Shown here one piece after another: positions 1-8,950 of a stretch of 64,000 nt of DNA. The DNA lies in the IMG/VR virus record IMGVR_UViG_3300042910_000038. One strand, 5' to 3'. Both the position numbers and the translations under genes were made by a program. The notes beneath the pieces were generated by a model that worked only from the letters and a program-made list of their open reading frames with translations, made no database searches and was not told where the DNA came from. Within the stretch, counting starts at the first letter, position 1. Each line of letters opens with the position of its first letter. The DNA comes from a virus.

Positions 1-342
1 GTAGTCGCCAAACTTTATGTCTGAACCCATGCAGAATCCGTATTTGCCGCGGTAGGCTCTGCCACATGGGTATCCCCATGAACCCTTATAGCCCGGATGA
101 AAAGTCCATCCGGTCATTCCATCCTCAAACCCGCTGTTTACGACAGTATTGTATGCTCCGAAGTGTCGACATGGTATGGCAAGGTCTCTTGCGTCAATTT
201 TCCCATCCATATTTATGTCGCAATTGTCCGGTGCTGGCGGAACGTTTTGCCCAAAAACTTTCGCCACTCTAGCGATGTCAACCACGTCTATCTTACCATC
301 TTCATTAGTGTCTCCAAGCACCCTCCCTATATAGACAGCCAT
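1..342 (-). CDS. N-terminal dockerin-domain protein, runs off window edge; followed by a possible carbohydrate-binding-like segment
   Basis: Not in ORF track; manual translation from ATG 342 is open to base 1: MAVYIGRVLGDTNEDGKIDVVDIARVAKVFG...CDINMDGKIDARDLAIPCRHFG (two DxNxDGxID Ca-loops), then NSGFEDGMTGW. Confidence 0.8.
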   Translation of the reverse strand, partial: MAVYIGRVLGDTNEDGKIDVVDIARVAKVFGQNVPPAPDNCDINMDGKIDARDLAIPCRHFGAYNTVVNSGFEDGMTGWTFHPGYKGSWGYPCGRAYRGKYGFCMGSDIKFGDY

Positions 343-367
343 AACGGATACCTCTAAGAGGTAAAAA

Positions 368-390
368 CGAAACTTTTTTATATAAACATT
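368..390. promoter_or_regulatory. TATA-like element between divergent dockerin and cohesin genes
   Basis: AAACTTTTTTATATAAAC in a 64-bp divergent intergenic gap. Confidence 0.5.
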
Positions 391-406
391 ATGGAAGTTA
401 AGTTTA

Positions 407-922
407 GTGAGGTGTATGGTTAGGGTTACTGTTGAGCCTTCAACTTTGATGGGTAAGGTTGGCGACAGGGTTGGCGCTAAGGTCTGCGTTTATGGCGTTT
501 CAAACCTATGGGCTTTCGACGTGACGCTTTCATGGGACCCGAAGGTTCTTAAGCTTGTAAGCCACGATTTCGGAACTTTCCTTCGCCCGTCAGACCCAAC
601 TAAGGTTGAGATTTACACTAGGGAATGGAATGGAAACTCTGAGCTTGGCGCTAAGCTTGTAGAGCCTGAATCTCCTAAAAGCGGAGACGGCGTATTAACA
701 ATGATAGTGTGGGAAGTTCTATCCACATCCTATACGAAAATCAACATAACAAGCAAGCTGGTTGACCCAGATGCAAACCTTATAGCTCATGACGCTTTTG
801 GAGCCGAGTTTGGACAGAAATTCGACGTGCAAGCGGTTATTGACACAATAGTTCCAATATTTGCAGTAGTATTCATAGTTCCAGTCTTAAAGACGCTGTT
901 TAAGTCAATTAAACCAGCCTAG
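407..922 (+). CDS. Cohesin-domain protein with C-terminal coat-like membrane helix
   Basis: VYGVSNLWAFDVTLSWDPKVLKLVS..GTFL..SGDGVLTMIVWEV..LVDPDANLIAH pattern typical of archaeal cohesins; tail DVQAVIDTIVPIFAVVFIVPVLKTLFK. Confidence 0.75.
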   Translation: MRCMVRVTVEPSTLMGKVGDRVGAKVCVYGVSNLWAFDVTLSWDPKVLKLVSHDFGTFLRPSDPTKVEIYTREWNGNSELGAKLVEPESPKSGDGVLTMIVWEVLSTSYTKINITSKLVDPDANLIAHDAFGAEFGQKFDVQAVIDTIVPIFAVVFIVPVLKTLFKSIKPA

Positions 923-1007
923 AAACACATTTAGTATCGTAAGTATTGCTAAACACGGGTAACCTTTTTATTTAACCAAGCCTATTTTAGGCTATTGGAG
1001 AGCCTAA

Positions 1008-1241
1008 ATGTCGGAAAAAGTTGAACACATTGGAACGAAGACGCTGGCTCTCGTAGTGGGCATAATCCTAGCGGCAATCTACGCCCTGCTAAAGTTCTTC
1101 ACAACGCCAACCTTCGACCTTACAGACCTGTACAACATAGCCTTAGTAGCGGTCTTCTTCGGCTTCGTCTGGACAGCAATAATCTTCCTAGCCCAACTGT
1201 TCTGGAAATGGATGCACGGCATCAGCGAAAAAATAGGATAG
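1008..1241 (+). CDS. Small 2-TM membrane protein
   Basis: Two hydrophobic segments; GGAG RBS and upstream T-rich TATA. Confidence 0.7.
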   Translation: MSEKVEHIGTKTLALVVGIILAAIYALLKFFTTPTFDLTDLYNIALVAVFFGFVWTAIIFLAQLFWKWMHGISEKIG

Positions 1242-1334
1242 CCAGCCCGTAAACACCTTCTTCAAACCCCCAATTTTTCTATTTCCATCCATAAGCCTTT
1301 TATTGTTAATAATTGCTCATTCTTTTAGAGGACA

Positions 1335-1787
1335 ATGAATTCAGAGAAAATGCTTAACTCTGTTTATGGACTTGTTTTAGGAGTTGCCATTTTATCTGTT
1401 GCATTATATTTTTTCCAAAAGTTTGTTGAAGCCTCCAAGGTTACGGCAAGGGCGATGGCGCTTCACCACCTTGGAAATGGAACGATGATGACTGACGGGA
1501 CAGAGCAGAAGGTTTTTGAGTACAGCCGTGTAGAACCTTTTAAGCTTGAAGGCTACATCGACCTCTCCAACATGAAAACAGGCGACGAGATAATTATTAG
1601 ACAGTATGTGAAAATTAAACCTGACGGGGAACTTAAAAAATACTGGGAAGAAAAATATAACGGTATACAAGCTAACCCAATTTGTTATATCACGCCTAAG
1701 CCATCCATCTATGGTATACTGATTACTGTTCAGCAAACGTCTGGTTCATACATAACGTTCGACTGGGAGTTTTACATGGCTGGATGA
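1335..1787 (+). CDS. N-terminal TM plus beta-rich domain (paralogue family A)
   Basis: EPFKLEGYIDLSNMKTGDEIIIRQY shared with 2149, 17666 and 19964. Confidence 0.7.
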   Translation: MNSEKMLNSVYGLVLGVAILSVALYFFQKFVEASKVTARAMALHHLGNGTMMTDGTEQKVFEYSRVEPFKLEGYIDLSNMKTGDEIIIRQYVKIKPDGELKKYWEEKYNGIQANPICYITPKPSIYGILITVQQTSGSYITFDWEFYMAG

Positions 1788-1860
1788 CAAGGCTAAGGCA
1801 GATGAGCAAAATATATAAAAAGTTGTCCAGCCCAATCTTTAAAAGGAAGGGTAAGGATGC

Positions 1861-2136
1861 TTGAGTAGTAGAAAGGCTATACCACCATATATATATTGCC
1901 CTCGATGCGGCTCAAAACTTAACCTAATAGAAGACAACAACCCAGAAACTCTAACCAAAATCAAAGAACAAGGCTACACAGCAATAGCCAGAGGCATATG
2001 CGAATGCGGAGTAGTAGCCGTCATATGCTACCAACCACTACCAGCCTCACCAACATTCAGCCTCTTCTTCGACATATACCCAGCCGAAATAACAAGAAAA
2101 ATTTTAATAACAAGACTCCAGAATTTGCATGCGTAG
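1861..2136 (+). CDS. Zinc-finger protein
   Basis: CPRC...CECG. Confidence 0.6.
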   Translation: MSSRKAIPPYIYCPRCGSKLNLIEDNNPETLTKIKEQGYTAIARGICECGVVAVICYQPLPASPTFSLFFDIYPAEITRKILITRLQNLHA

Positions 2137-2148
2137 TGGTGAAAAATC

Positions 2149-2841
2149 ATGCCGGACTTCCCACGTGTCTCCGCAGTAGTCGACCCCGCAGTAATATGGG
2201 GATATAGCGTAAGGACATTGACGGACTTTACTGGAAAGCCTCGCTCAGACCTTTTAGGCACAGACAGCGACCTAGCCACAATAGGCTACACTTCAGCCAG
2301 AGCCGCCAAACTCGACAACCTAGACGTTGCCGTTTCAACCCGCTCAAGCCACACAGCCGCAGATGTATGGGCAGTGACAACACGCACTTTGACAAGCTTA
2401 ACTGGACAACCCAGAATAGACCTCTTAGGAGAAGACGCTAGCTTCGAGGCTGGAACTGGAACACGCAAAGCCTTAATAGACCGTTTGGCAAGCATGGAAG
2501 CCTTCGACACTCCAATAGAAGGCTCAGTAACAATGGACGGAACAGAAAAGGATGTTGTCCTAGACGAAGTAACGGGCAACCCGCAACGCTTCCTAGAAGG
2601 CTACATAGACCTATCGCCAATGGCTTCAGGCGACACCATAGTGATAAGACAATACATGAAAATAACCGCAACGGGAGCCTACGTCAAATACGCAGAAGAA
2701 ACCTACTCTGGAGCACAAACACTACCACTACTATACATAACAACCAAGTCTGGAAGATACGGCATAAAAGTAACAGCACAACAGACCGCTGGGACGTATC
2801 GTAGCCTGACTTACCAGTTCTTTAGAAGAAAGACAACTTAG
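2149..2841 (+). CDS. Fibre-like repeat protein with family A C-terminal domain
   Basis: Repeat VW..(S/T)(V/T)RTLT..TG.PR.DLLG twice; C-terminal LEGYIDLSPMASGD. Confidence 0.65.
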   Translation: MPDFPRVSAVVDPAVIWGYSVRTLTDFTGKPRSDLLGTDSDLATIGYTSARAAKLDNLDVAVSTRSSHTAADVWAVTTRTLTSLTGQPRIDLLGEDASFEAGTGTRKALIDRLASMEAFDTPIEGSVTMDGTEKDVVLDEVTGNPQRFLEGYIDLSPMASGDTIVIRQYMKITATGAYVKYAEETYSGAQTLPLLYITTKSGRYGIKVTAQQTAGTYRSLTYQFFRRKTT

Positions 2842-2853
2842 GCTTGATGAGTA

Positions 2854-3441
2854 ATGTCTGAAAGCTATATCCAGCTGCCTCCTGATTCTACTGGAAAGAA
2901 AGCTAGAGCCATTTATCAGTCGGATTTAGATAGTTATGAAGAGGTTGAGGCTTCTAAGCCTATTGAATGTGAAAACCCTGTTTATGCTGTTGCTGTTAGT
3001 GCTAGTGCGGTTGCAGCCAGCAAGCATCATTTGAGCATTTGGAACGGTTCATCGAGCTACATTAGGATTTTGAAGGTTATAGTTTCGATGCACGAAACAG
3101 CCACAGTTAGTGGCTATATCATGCAGTATATTATGCAGAGGGCAAGTGCTGTCAGCGGTGGGACAGCCTTAACAATAGTTAAACTTGACAACAGAGACCC
3201 AGCATTGCCAAGCGGAATTTCAGCCGTAACTGGTGCAACAGTAACGTTGAAAGAGGCTCCGATAGCTATATTCGCCATAAACCCAGAGGAAACTGGTTCA
3301 CAATGTTATGTTCAGTTTGACCCGCCTAAACCCATTGTTATAGCTCCAAACGAAGGCATAACCATCCAGCAATATGCTACTGCTGGGGTAGGTTTGTTTA
3401 ATGCGGTGATATACTTCAGCGTTGAGGTGATTAAGCCATGA
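2854..3441 (+). CDS. Putative virion structural beta-sandwich protein
   Basis: N-terminal YIQLPPDSTGKK, beta-rich composition, operon context. Confidence 0.5.
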   Translation: MSESYIQLPPDSTGKKARAIYQSDLDSYEEVEASKPIECENPVYAVAVSASAVAASKHHLSIWNGSSSYIRILKVIVSMHETATVSGYIMQYIMQRASAVSGGTALTIVKLDNRDPALPSGISAVTGATVTLKEAPIAIFAINPEETGSQCYVQFDPPKPIVIAPNEGITIQQYATAGVGLFNAVIYFSVEVIKP

Positions 3442-3602
3442 TAAAGGTGAAGGTAATCAACCTGCCTAAAGAAGGGTTAACAGCCGAAAAGCTTGAGGAC
3501 ATTATAAACAATTTTATCATGGAAGAAAAGCCAGATGAAATAATTCAGTTAGACTTCAACTCCGAGTTTGGCTTCTTAACCATAATCTACAAGAAGGGTT
3601 AA
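3438..3602 (+). CDS. Small hypothetical protein (54 aa)
   Basis: Manual ORF MIKVKVINLPKEGLTAEKLEDIINNF...; overlaps upstream stop, GAGGTG RBS. Confidence 0.6.
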   Translation: MIKVKVINLPKEGLTAEKLEDIINNFIMEEKPDEIIQLDFNSEFGFLTIIYKKG

Positions 3603-3603
3603 A

Positions 3604-3840
3604 ATGTTCATAGCCAAAAAGCACTTTTGGATGTCTGGAGTTTGGGCGCCGCCTGCTATTGTAGAAACAGTAGTAGCTAAAAACTTTCCAATGGACTATC
3701 TGCCGTCTCCAGTTAAAGCCCAACAGTTAACAAGCAAAGTTAGCGGAGCAACAATCACCACAGTAAGCCAAGACTACCCGTTAACTCTAATTAAAAAGGA
3801 TAAAGCCCAAGAACTTATAAGCAAGTTCTCAGCAACCTAA
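3604..3840 (+). CDS. Hypothetical protein
   Basis: Tight operon spacing. Confidence 0.55.
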   Translation: MFIAKKHFWMSGVWAPPAIVETVVAKNFPMDYLPSPVKAQQLTSKVSGATITTVSQDYPLTLIKKDKAQELISKFSAT

Positions 3841-3852
3841 AATGGAGGTGAA

Positions 3853-4017
3853 ATGGGGATGAAAAGGGCGTTCATATTCCTTTCAGGGTTCTTTGGTGGC
3901 TGTTTCCTAGAAGCCCTAATACCCCCTTATACCCCAGATAAAGCCTTACGTCTCCCAGTTACAGCGATATTGGCAATAATCTTCGGATATTTCGGAGCGA
4001 GAAAGAGGTCAAATTAA
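3853..4017 (+). CDS. Small membrane protein (54 aa)
   Basis: Manual ORF MGMKRAFIFLSGFFGGCFLEALIPP...AILAIIFGYFGARKRSN after GGAGGTG RBS. Confidence 0.6.
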   Translation: MGMKRAFIFLSGFFGGCFLEALIPPYTPDKALRLPVTAILAIIFGYFGARKRSN

Positions 4018-4089
4018 GAAGGCTGCGGAGCTTAAAAGCAAGTTCTCATCGTAATTCCATCTCCATAAGCTTTTTATCTTCATCACCAT

Positions 4090-4362
4090 TTGACTATATT
4101 GTGGATTAACATGACAATAACTAAGTTTGAAATAGCGTCTAAAGGCACCCTGTTCGCAATCGCCATCTCATTGATTTCTGGCGGTAGCACGCTGATTAGA
4201 GACAAATTCAATGAAGGCTTAACGTGTATGGTTATTGGAGTTGCGTTAATCGTTATATGGGCTTTCCTTATTGATTGGCAGGCTAGGCGTGAAGCGCGGG
4301 AAGCCGCCAAAAAAGAGTTTGAGAAGCTTAAGCTTGAACTTGAAAAGGGGGAGAAAAAGTGA
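4090..4362 (+). CDS. 2-TM membrane protein with charged coiled tail
   Basis: Two hydrophobic segments then RREAREAAKKEFEKLK. Confidence 0.6.
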   Translation: MTILWINMTITKFEIASKGTLFAIAISLISGGSTLIRDKFNEGLTCMVIGVALIVIWAFLIDWQARREAREAAKKEFEKLKLELEKGEKK

Positions 4363-4604
4363 AGGAACTTGACATAATCATAAAGGCTTTAAAGCTTGAA
4401 GCACAGCAAAAACCCAACGAGCGAATCTATGTAGGCTTCAAAAGCTACACCTATGCGGAGTTTGTAGAAATGCTTAACAACCATAAAAATCTAGCCAAAG
4501 CCGAAAAAGAGTTCATCGAAAACTTCCTAAAAACAAGCCTCAAACTTTTTAAAGAAAACAAAGCATATAGGGAGAAAATCTTAACGTTGGCGGGTGAAAA
4601 GTGA
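4359..4604 (+). CDS. Small protease-partner protein, copy 1
   Basis: YVGFKSYTYAEF resembles VVGNKVYAGPEL (30528) and VLGNKAYTAEEL (36585); always directly upstream of a clan-CD-like peptidase gene. Confidence 0.6.
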   Translation: MKELDIIIKALKLEAQQKPNERIYVGFKSYTYAEFVEMLNNHKNLAKAEKEFIENFLKTSLKLFKENKAYREKILTLAGEK

Positions 4605-5452
4605 CGCTCGCCATATTGGTTGCACCCCGGTTTGATGATGCTTCATCATATAGCTATGACTGGTCCCGTGAAATAAAGAAGGTGCTTGAAGATAAAGGCT
4701 TCCAAGTAATAGACATTGGTGGCAGACCACTGTCGAGGGCGGAGGTTGAGAAGGCTTTAACTGAAAACCCAAACGCCCTTTTCGTATTTTACAATCACGG
4801 AAATGAAGACTGCCTATGGGCTTCACAAACAGAGAAAGCAGTTGATGAAGACAACGTTAAACTTTTAGCTTCAAGAGAATGCTTTACAATGGCATGCCTC
4901 AGCGCTAAACAGCTTGGAGTCGAAGCATATAAGGTTGGATGTTTAGCCTACTGGGGTTACGCTGAAGTCTTCGCGTTTACAACCGAAGATGCCGATGTTT
5001 TCAAAGAGTTTGCAAACTGCGGTTTAAAGTTTAAGCTTGAAGGAAAAACGTGGGAGGAGGCTCTCCAACAAGCAAAAAACCTCGCTAAAGAACTAGCCCA
5101 AAAACTAATAGAAGCTGGAAAATACTTCTCGTCAATACTTCTTCAACAAGATGCAGACGCGCTGAGATGCTACACGCCAAACAACCCGCCAACAGAAACA
5201 AAATGCTTTTTCAGGAAGATTGCACTTAAAATCTTTGGACCAAAACTCGGATGGAGAATAAGCAGAACAACGGGCTTTGGAATACTTTTAACGCTGGTAG
5301 GATGGGGGATTGTAGCCCACGATTTTGCACATCAAGTTTACCAGCTAAAAGGGACACCGTTAAGCTTGGAAGGCGGATACATCGGTTTAGCCCTAAACCT
5401 CATAGGCTTCATACTTTTAACGTCAGAGTTCATCAATTGGCTCAAGTACTAG
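4601..5452 (+). CDS. Clan CD (caspase/gingipain/CHAT-like) cysteine peptidase with C-terminal TM helices, copy 1
   Basis: FYNHGNEDCL (His-Gly) and FTMACLS (Cys) dyad spacing; hydrophobic C-terminus. Confidence 0.6.
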   Translation: MTLAILVAPRFDDASSYSYDWSREIKKVLEDKGFQVIDIGGRPLSRAEVEKALTENPNALFVFYNHGNEDCLWASQTEKAVDEDNVKLLASRECFTMACLSAKQLGVEAYKVGCLAYWGYAEVFAFTTEDADVFKEFANCGLKFKLEGKTWEEALQQAKNLAKELAQKLIEAGKYFSSILLQQDADALRCYTPNNPPTETKCFFRKIALKIFGPKLGWRISRTTGFGILLTLVGWGIVAHDFAHQVYQLKGTPLSLEGGYIGLALNLIGFILLTSEFINWLKY

Positions 5453-5486
5453 AATACTTTAAATATTTATTACGAGCATGTTTTAA

Positions 5487-5810
5487 TTGGTGGCTCAGAT
5501 GTCTGAAAAACCTGAAGAAAAGAAAAGCGAGGTTAAAGTTCATCCCGTTTCTCCGCCAGCAGAAGAAAACGTTGAAGTTTCACCTGTTGTTCCCATGCCT
5601 CAAAGCCCAGACGCTCCAATAATGACTGTAAGCCAGTTCCAGCAGGGCGCCCAAATGATGGCACGCTTCCTAAAAAGCATAGAAATAAAAGTTAAAGGAA
5701 ACAAGGTTCAAACAATATATCATTGGGAGTTTCCAGACGAGGTTGTAGCCAAAACATTCGCGGAATCGATGCGCGCTCAATTTGAAGGCGCCATGGAAGG
5801 AGTAGAGTAA
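5487..5810 (+). CDS. Hypothetical protein
   Basis: Pro/Glu-rich N-terminus, operon context. Confidence 0.55.
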   Translation: MVAQMSEKPEEKKSEVKVHPVSPPAEENVEVSPVVPMPQSPDAPIMTVSQFQQGAQMMARFLKSIEIKVKGNKVQTIYHWEFPDEVVAKTFAESMRAQFEGAMEGVE

Positions 5811-5821
5811 GGTGCATAGGT

Positions 5822-6445
5822 ATGGCTGAGGAAAACGCTGGCGAAGAGCCTTTACCCGGAGAAACCGAGCGTAGAAGACGTAGGATTCCGGCTATGGCTG
5901 TGTGGAACGCTGGCAGGATGCTTGGACAGTTGAAGAGGCGAAACCCGCAAATAGTTGAGGAAATAAATGAGTACGCCAAAGCAACTGGCATGACGCCGAC
6001 TCAAGTCCTTGAAGAAGCCATAAACTACTATATTGTTCGCAGGAGAATAAGCCAGTCAAACCTTACAATAGAGCAAATATACGATGCATGGATGCTTCTA
6101 AGGGAAATGCAGAAAGTAGCTGTCGACATTTGGCGAGAACAGGCAAACTACCTGTTCAGCGAGGAATACGCCCAAATGCTTGAGCTTAGGCAGGAATGGG
6201 TTAGACAGGCAATGGAAACCGCGCCGGAAAAAGCGCCCCTGCCGCCTAAAACCCTTGGAGAAATTGAAAGAAAAGTGTTGGCTAAACTTGACCCATTAAT
6301 CGACTGGATACTCGACTGGACGGTTGAAACACTTTTCAAAACCATGGCACCCATGGGAATGAAACCTCCACCCGGACTAAAAAGAAAAATACCAGTAACA
6401 GTAACATATGAAGAAGAGGAAACTGGAGGTGAAAGTGGACAATGA
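5822..6445 (+). CDS. Helical protein with possible ribbon-helix-helix-like segment
   Basis: IVEEINEYAKATGMTPTQVLEEAINYYI. Confidence 0.45.
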   Translation: MAEENAGEEPLPGETERRRRRIPAMAVWNAGRMLGQLKRRNPQIVEEINEYAKATGMTPTQVLEEAINYYIVRRRISQSNLTIEQIYDAWMLLREMQKVAVDIWREQANYLFSEEYAQMLELRQEWVRQAMETAPEKAPLPPKTLGEIERKVLAKLDPLIDWILDWTVETLFKTMAPMGMKPPPGLKRKIPVTVTYEEEETGGESGQ

Positions 6446-7110
6446 TGCGTCAGCCTGTAACCACGTTTGTCCTACAGCCGCCAAAGTTTCCATTCCCGTT
6501 GCCGGTGTGTTGGGAGTGGAAAGAGGGAGACCCGCTTCCAGAAGGCTTAACCTTCGTCAAGGGGACATTAGCTGAGGACATGTACCTTAAAATCTGCGTG
6601 GTTCAGGTTGCTCCGCCAAAAATAACCATTGAAAAGAAGAACATCGCCGAAATAGATGTTGACATTAAAGGCTCGTTGAAGTGGGTTTTCAAGAAAATCG
6701 CCGGACTTCCAGAATGGAGTGGAAAAATCGGCAAGCCGCCTGAAGACTGGGCTAAAGAAAAATGCGATGAAACCGTGCGTTACGTTAAAAGCACGTGCGA
6801 CCGGTTCGACGTTGAAGTTACAAGCGACCTAACAGAAGAGAAATTCTGTTTCGTACTGCCAACAGAGTGGCGTTTCAGAGGCATACTTAAAAACAACGCT
6901 CCGGTGCCGTTCACGATTACGGACACCAACAAGGTTTGCTTCACAGTTAAACATACAAGTCCAACGTTGATAACAATCCAGTTGATAAGCGACGTAACCC
7001 AGATGACCACAACCACGGCGAACATTGCAACATCAGCCCTAGCAATATTCCTAGTATTCTACCTTCTAATAATGATAATCAGAGCGTTTAGGGGAATGGC
7101 GGCTCGTTAG
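6442..7110 (+). CDS. Protein with C-terminal coat-like membrane helix
   Basis: Tail NIATSALAIFLVFYLLIMIIRAFRG; no signal peptide. Confidence 0.6.
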   Translation: MMRQPVTTFVLQPPKFPFPLPVCWEWKEGDPLPEGLTFVKGTLAEDMYLKICVVQVAPPKITIEKKNIAEIDVDIKGSLKWVFKKIAGLPEWSGKIGKPPEDWAKEKCDETVRYVKSTCDRFDVEVTSDLTEEKFCFVLPTEWRFRGILKNNAPVPFTITDTNKVCFTVKHTSPTLITIQLISDVTQMTTTTANIATSALAIFLVFYLLIMIIRAFRGMAAR

Positions 7111-7703
7111 TGCCAGAAGAAGATGAGGTTAAACGGGAAATAAAGGAAGCCTTAAAATCTTACATAACCGTTTACTTCGACCATCTAGTGGCAGGCTTAA
7201 CCCAGAAAGGCTACAGCGAGGAAACAGTTCGGAAAGCGCTTGCCGAAGAACTTTCAAAACCCACAACCATTGAAGCTAAAAGGCTTGCATTGTTAACTGC
7301 GGAGGACGTGAAAATGCACAGGTCAAACCCAGGCTCACCCCAAATATACATGGACGAACTTAAAACTCCCATAGAGGAGATTATAAGAAAACAGGCTGTA
7401 GAACTTTGGCGGAAAGAAAAGCATGGACCAGTACCAAAGGAAATCCCACAAGAATACTTAGATAAAGCAATGGTTGAAGTTTTAAAAAGATGGCAGAAAA
7501 CCCTAAGGGAAGTTCGGGAAACAGTTCCAAAAATGGCTCCACCGCCGGAAATGCCTCCAGAAATGGTTGAAAAAGCCATTCCAACATGCCCCCAATGCGG
7601 AACACTAATGAAAAAAATAGTTGAAACAGAAACGGGCACGTTATACCAATGCCCGAACCATCCCGGAATAACGCGGCTCATTCCAAAAGTTAAGAAGGGT
7701 TAA
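7110..7703 (+). CDS. Helical domain plus C-terminal zinc ribbon (paralogue of 7706)
   Basis: LKRWQK motif, Pro-rich linker, CPQCG...YQCPNHP. Confidence 0.6.
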   Translation: MPEEDEVKREIKEALKSYITVYFDHLVAGLTQKGYSEETVRKALAEELSKPTTIEAKRLALLTAEDVKMHRSNPGSPQIYMDELKTPIEEIIRKQAVELWRKEKHGPVPKEIPQEYLDKAMVEVLKRWQKTLREVRETVPKMAPPPEMPPEMVEKAIPTCPQCGTLMKKIVETETGTLYQCPNHPGITRLIPKVKKG

Positions 7704-7705
7704 GC

Positions 7706-8215
7706 GTGGCGCAGGCTGAACCGGTAACCGAAGAAGAGCTTACAGAGCCAGTTGAAAAACTGCTGGCTAAAGAGGCTAGACGAATCTACATGGAGGAAAC
7801 AGGCAGAATATGGGAGGAAGAGCCGCCTTCAGACGAGGAAGCCAAAGAGCTTGTCCGGAAAGCTGCAAAATCACTTTTGGAAAGATGGCAGAAAGCAATA
7901 AAAACATACTACGAAATGACAACAACAATCCTTGGAGCGCCAAAACCACCAGAATACACAGTGGTCTACTACCACGAAGGAAAAATAGTTAAACACAGAG
8001 CAAAACCGCTCCTAACACAAAAAACATATATGAAGCTAGTCCCACTAATAGACGATAAACCAGCAAAAATCCCGCCAAAGGCGCTTCTAAAATGCCCTTT
8101 CGACCCTTCTCACGGCTTCACTATGCGTCAAATAATGCCGGGGCTTTGGCAGTGCACCCAAAACCCTTCACATGTCGTTAGCATCGTAAGCTGGTTCCCG
8201 CCTAGACCGCTGTAG
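7706..8215 (+). CDS. Helical domain plus C-terminal zinc-binding motif (paralogue of 7110)
   Basis: LERWQK motif, CPFDPSH...WQCTQNPSH. Confidence 0.6.
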   Translation: MAQAEPVTEEELTEPVEKLLAKEARRIYMEETGRIWEEEPPSDEEAKELVRKAAKSLLERWQKAIKTYYEMTTTILGAPKPPEYTVVYYHEGKIVKHRAKPLLTQKTYMKLVPLIDDKPAKIPPKALLKCPFDPSHGFTMRQIMPGLWQCTQNPSHVVSIVSWFPPRPL

Positions 8216-8396
8216 CTTTAACCTTTCTCTTTGGAATGAGCTTATCGATGTATATTCGTCCGTCTTCGCCTTCAATAAAAACTACTTTGTCTCCGTCTTC
8301 AAGGTTTAATCTTACTCTGATTTCTTTGGGAATTTGCACTCTTCCATTGCTATGCACTCTTGAAATTGCAATTATCGTTTCCCATCCATAAGACAA
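8202..8396 (-). CDS. AbrB/SpoVT/MazE-family transcription regulator
   Basis: ISRVHSNGRVQIPKEIRVRLNLEDGDKVVFIEGEDGRIYI. Confidence 0.85.
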   Translation of the reverse strand: MSYGWETIIAISRVHSNGRVQIPKEIRVRLNLEDGDKVVFIEGEDGRIYIDKLIPKRKVKATAV

Positions 8397-8429
8397 TAAA
8401 ACGTTCTCCGTTTTATCCGTTTTAGCCTA

Positions 8430-8446
8430 GAAACAAATATATTAAG
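8430..8446 (+). promoter_or_regulatory. BRE/TATA promoter of the candidate major structural operon
   Basis: GAAACAAATATATTAAG about 50 bp upstream of AGGAGGT RBS and ATG 8495. Confidence 0.55.
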
Positions 8447-8494
8447 ACTCCTTAAAAGCTTTTCCATGAACAAGAAAAGGAGGTAAAGTGGAAA

Positions 8495-8809
8495 ATGGGA
8501 AGACGTGCTAAATACCCAAGCCCCGAGTTGGCTGTAAGCCACTTCACAGCCGCCGTCAGCGATGCTTCAACACAGGCTAAATGGGGTACAAGGGCTGCTG
8601 AAGGCGCAGGCAAGCTTGGCGACTGGTTCAGAATGGTGCTTCCAGGCTTATACGCTAAGATTGCAACCCTTCCAGTTGAGCCTAAAGACCCATGGGCTGA
8701 GCGCTCAAAGCCTGTTGGTCAATACATAAAGAGCAAGAAGGCTGAATACAGAAAGGCTAAATTGAGGGCTTTGGCGGGCATAGGTGCCTCACCAGCGACA
8801 CCCGCATAG
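8495..8809 (+). CDS. Small basic helical protein, candidate nucleocapsid/DNA-binding major structural protein
   Basis: Lys/Arg/Ala-rich 104 aa, strong RBS and promoter, upstream of coat-like peptides; function is inference. Confidence 0.45.
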   Translation: MGRRAKYPSPELAVSHFTAAVSDASTQAKWGTRAAEGAGKLGDWFRMVLPGLYAKIATLPVEPKDPWAERSKPVGQYIKSKKAEYRKAKLRALAGIGASPATPA

Positions 8810-8828
8810 ACTAGGAGGCTGAGCAACC

Positions 8829-8939
8829 ATGGTCACGCCCATTGACATATCCGCCTTGCTGAACACCTTGATACCGATAATCTTCCTAGTGCTAATCATA
8901 AGTGTTCTAACAAGCCTCCTAAAGGAGTTCAAATTCTAG
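8829..8939 (+). CDS. 36-aa hydrophobic coat-like protein 1
   Basis: Manual ORF MVTPIDISALLNTLIPIIFLVLIISVLTSLLKEFKF after AGGAGG RBS. Confidence 0.8.
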   Translation: MVTPIDISALLNTLIPIIFLVLIISVLTSLLKEFKF

Positions 8940-8950
8940 GGTGATGTAAC

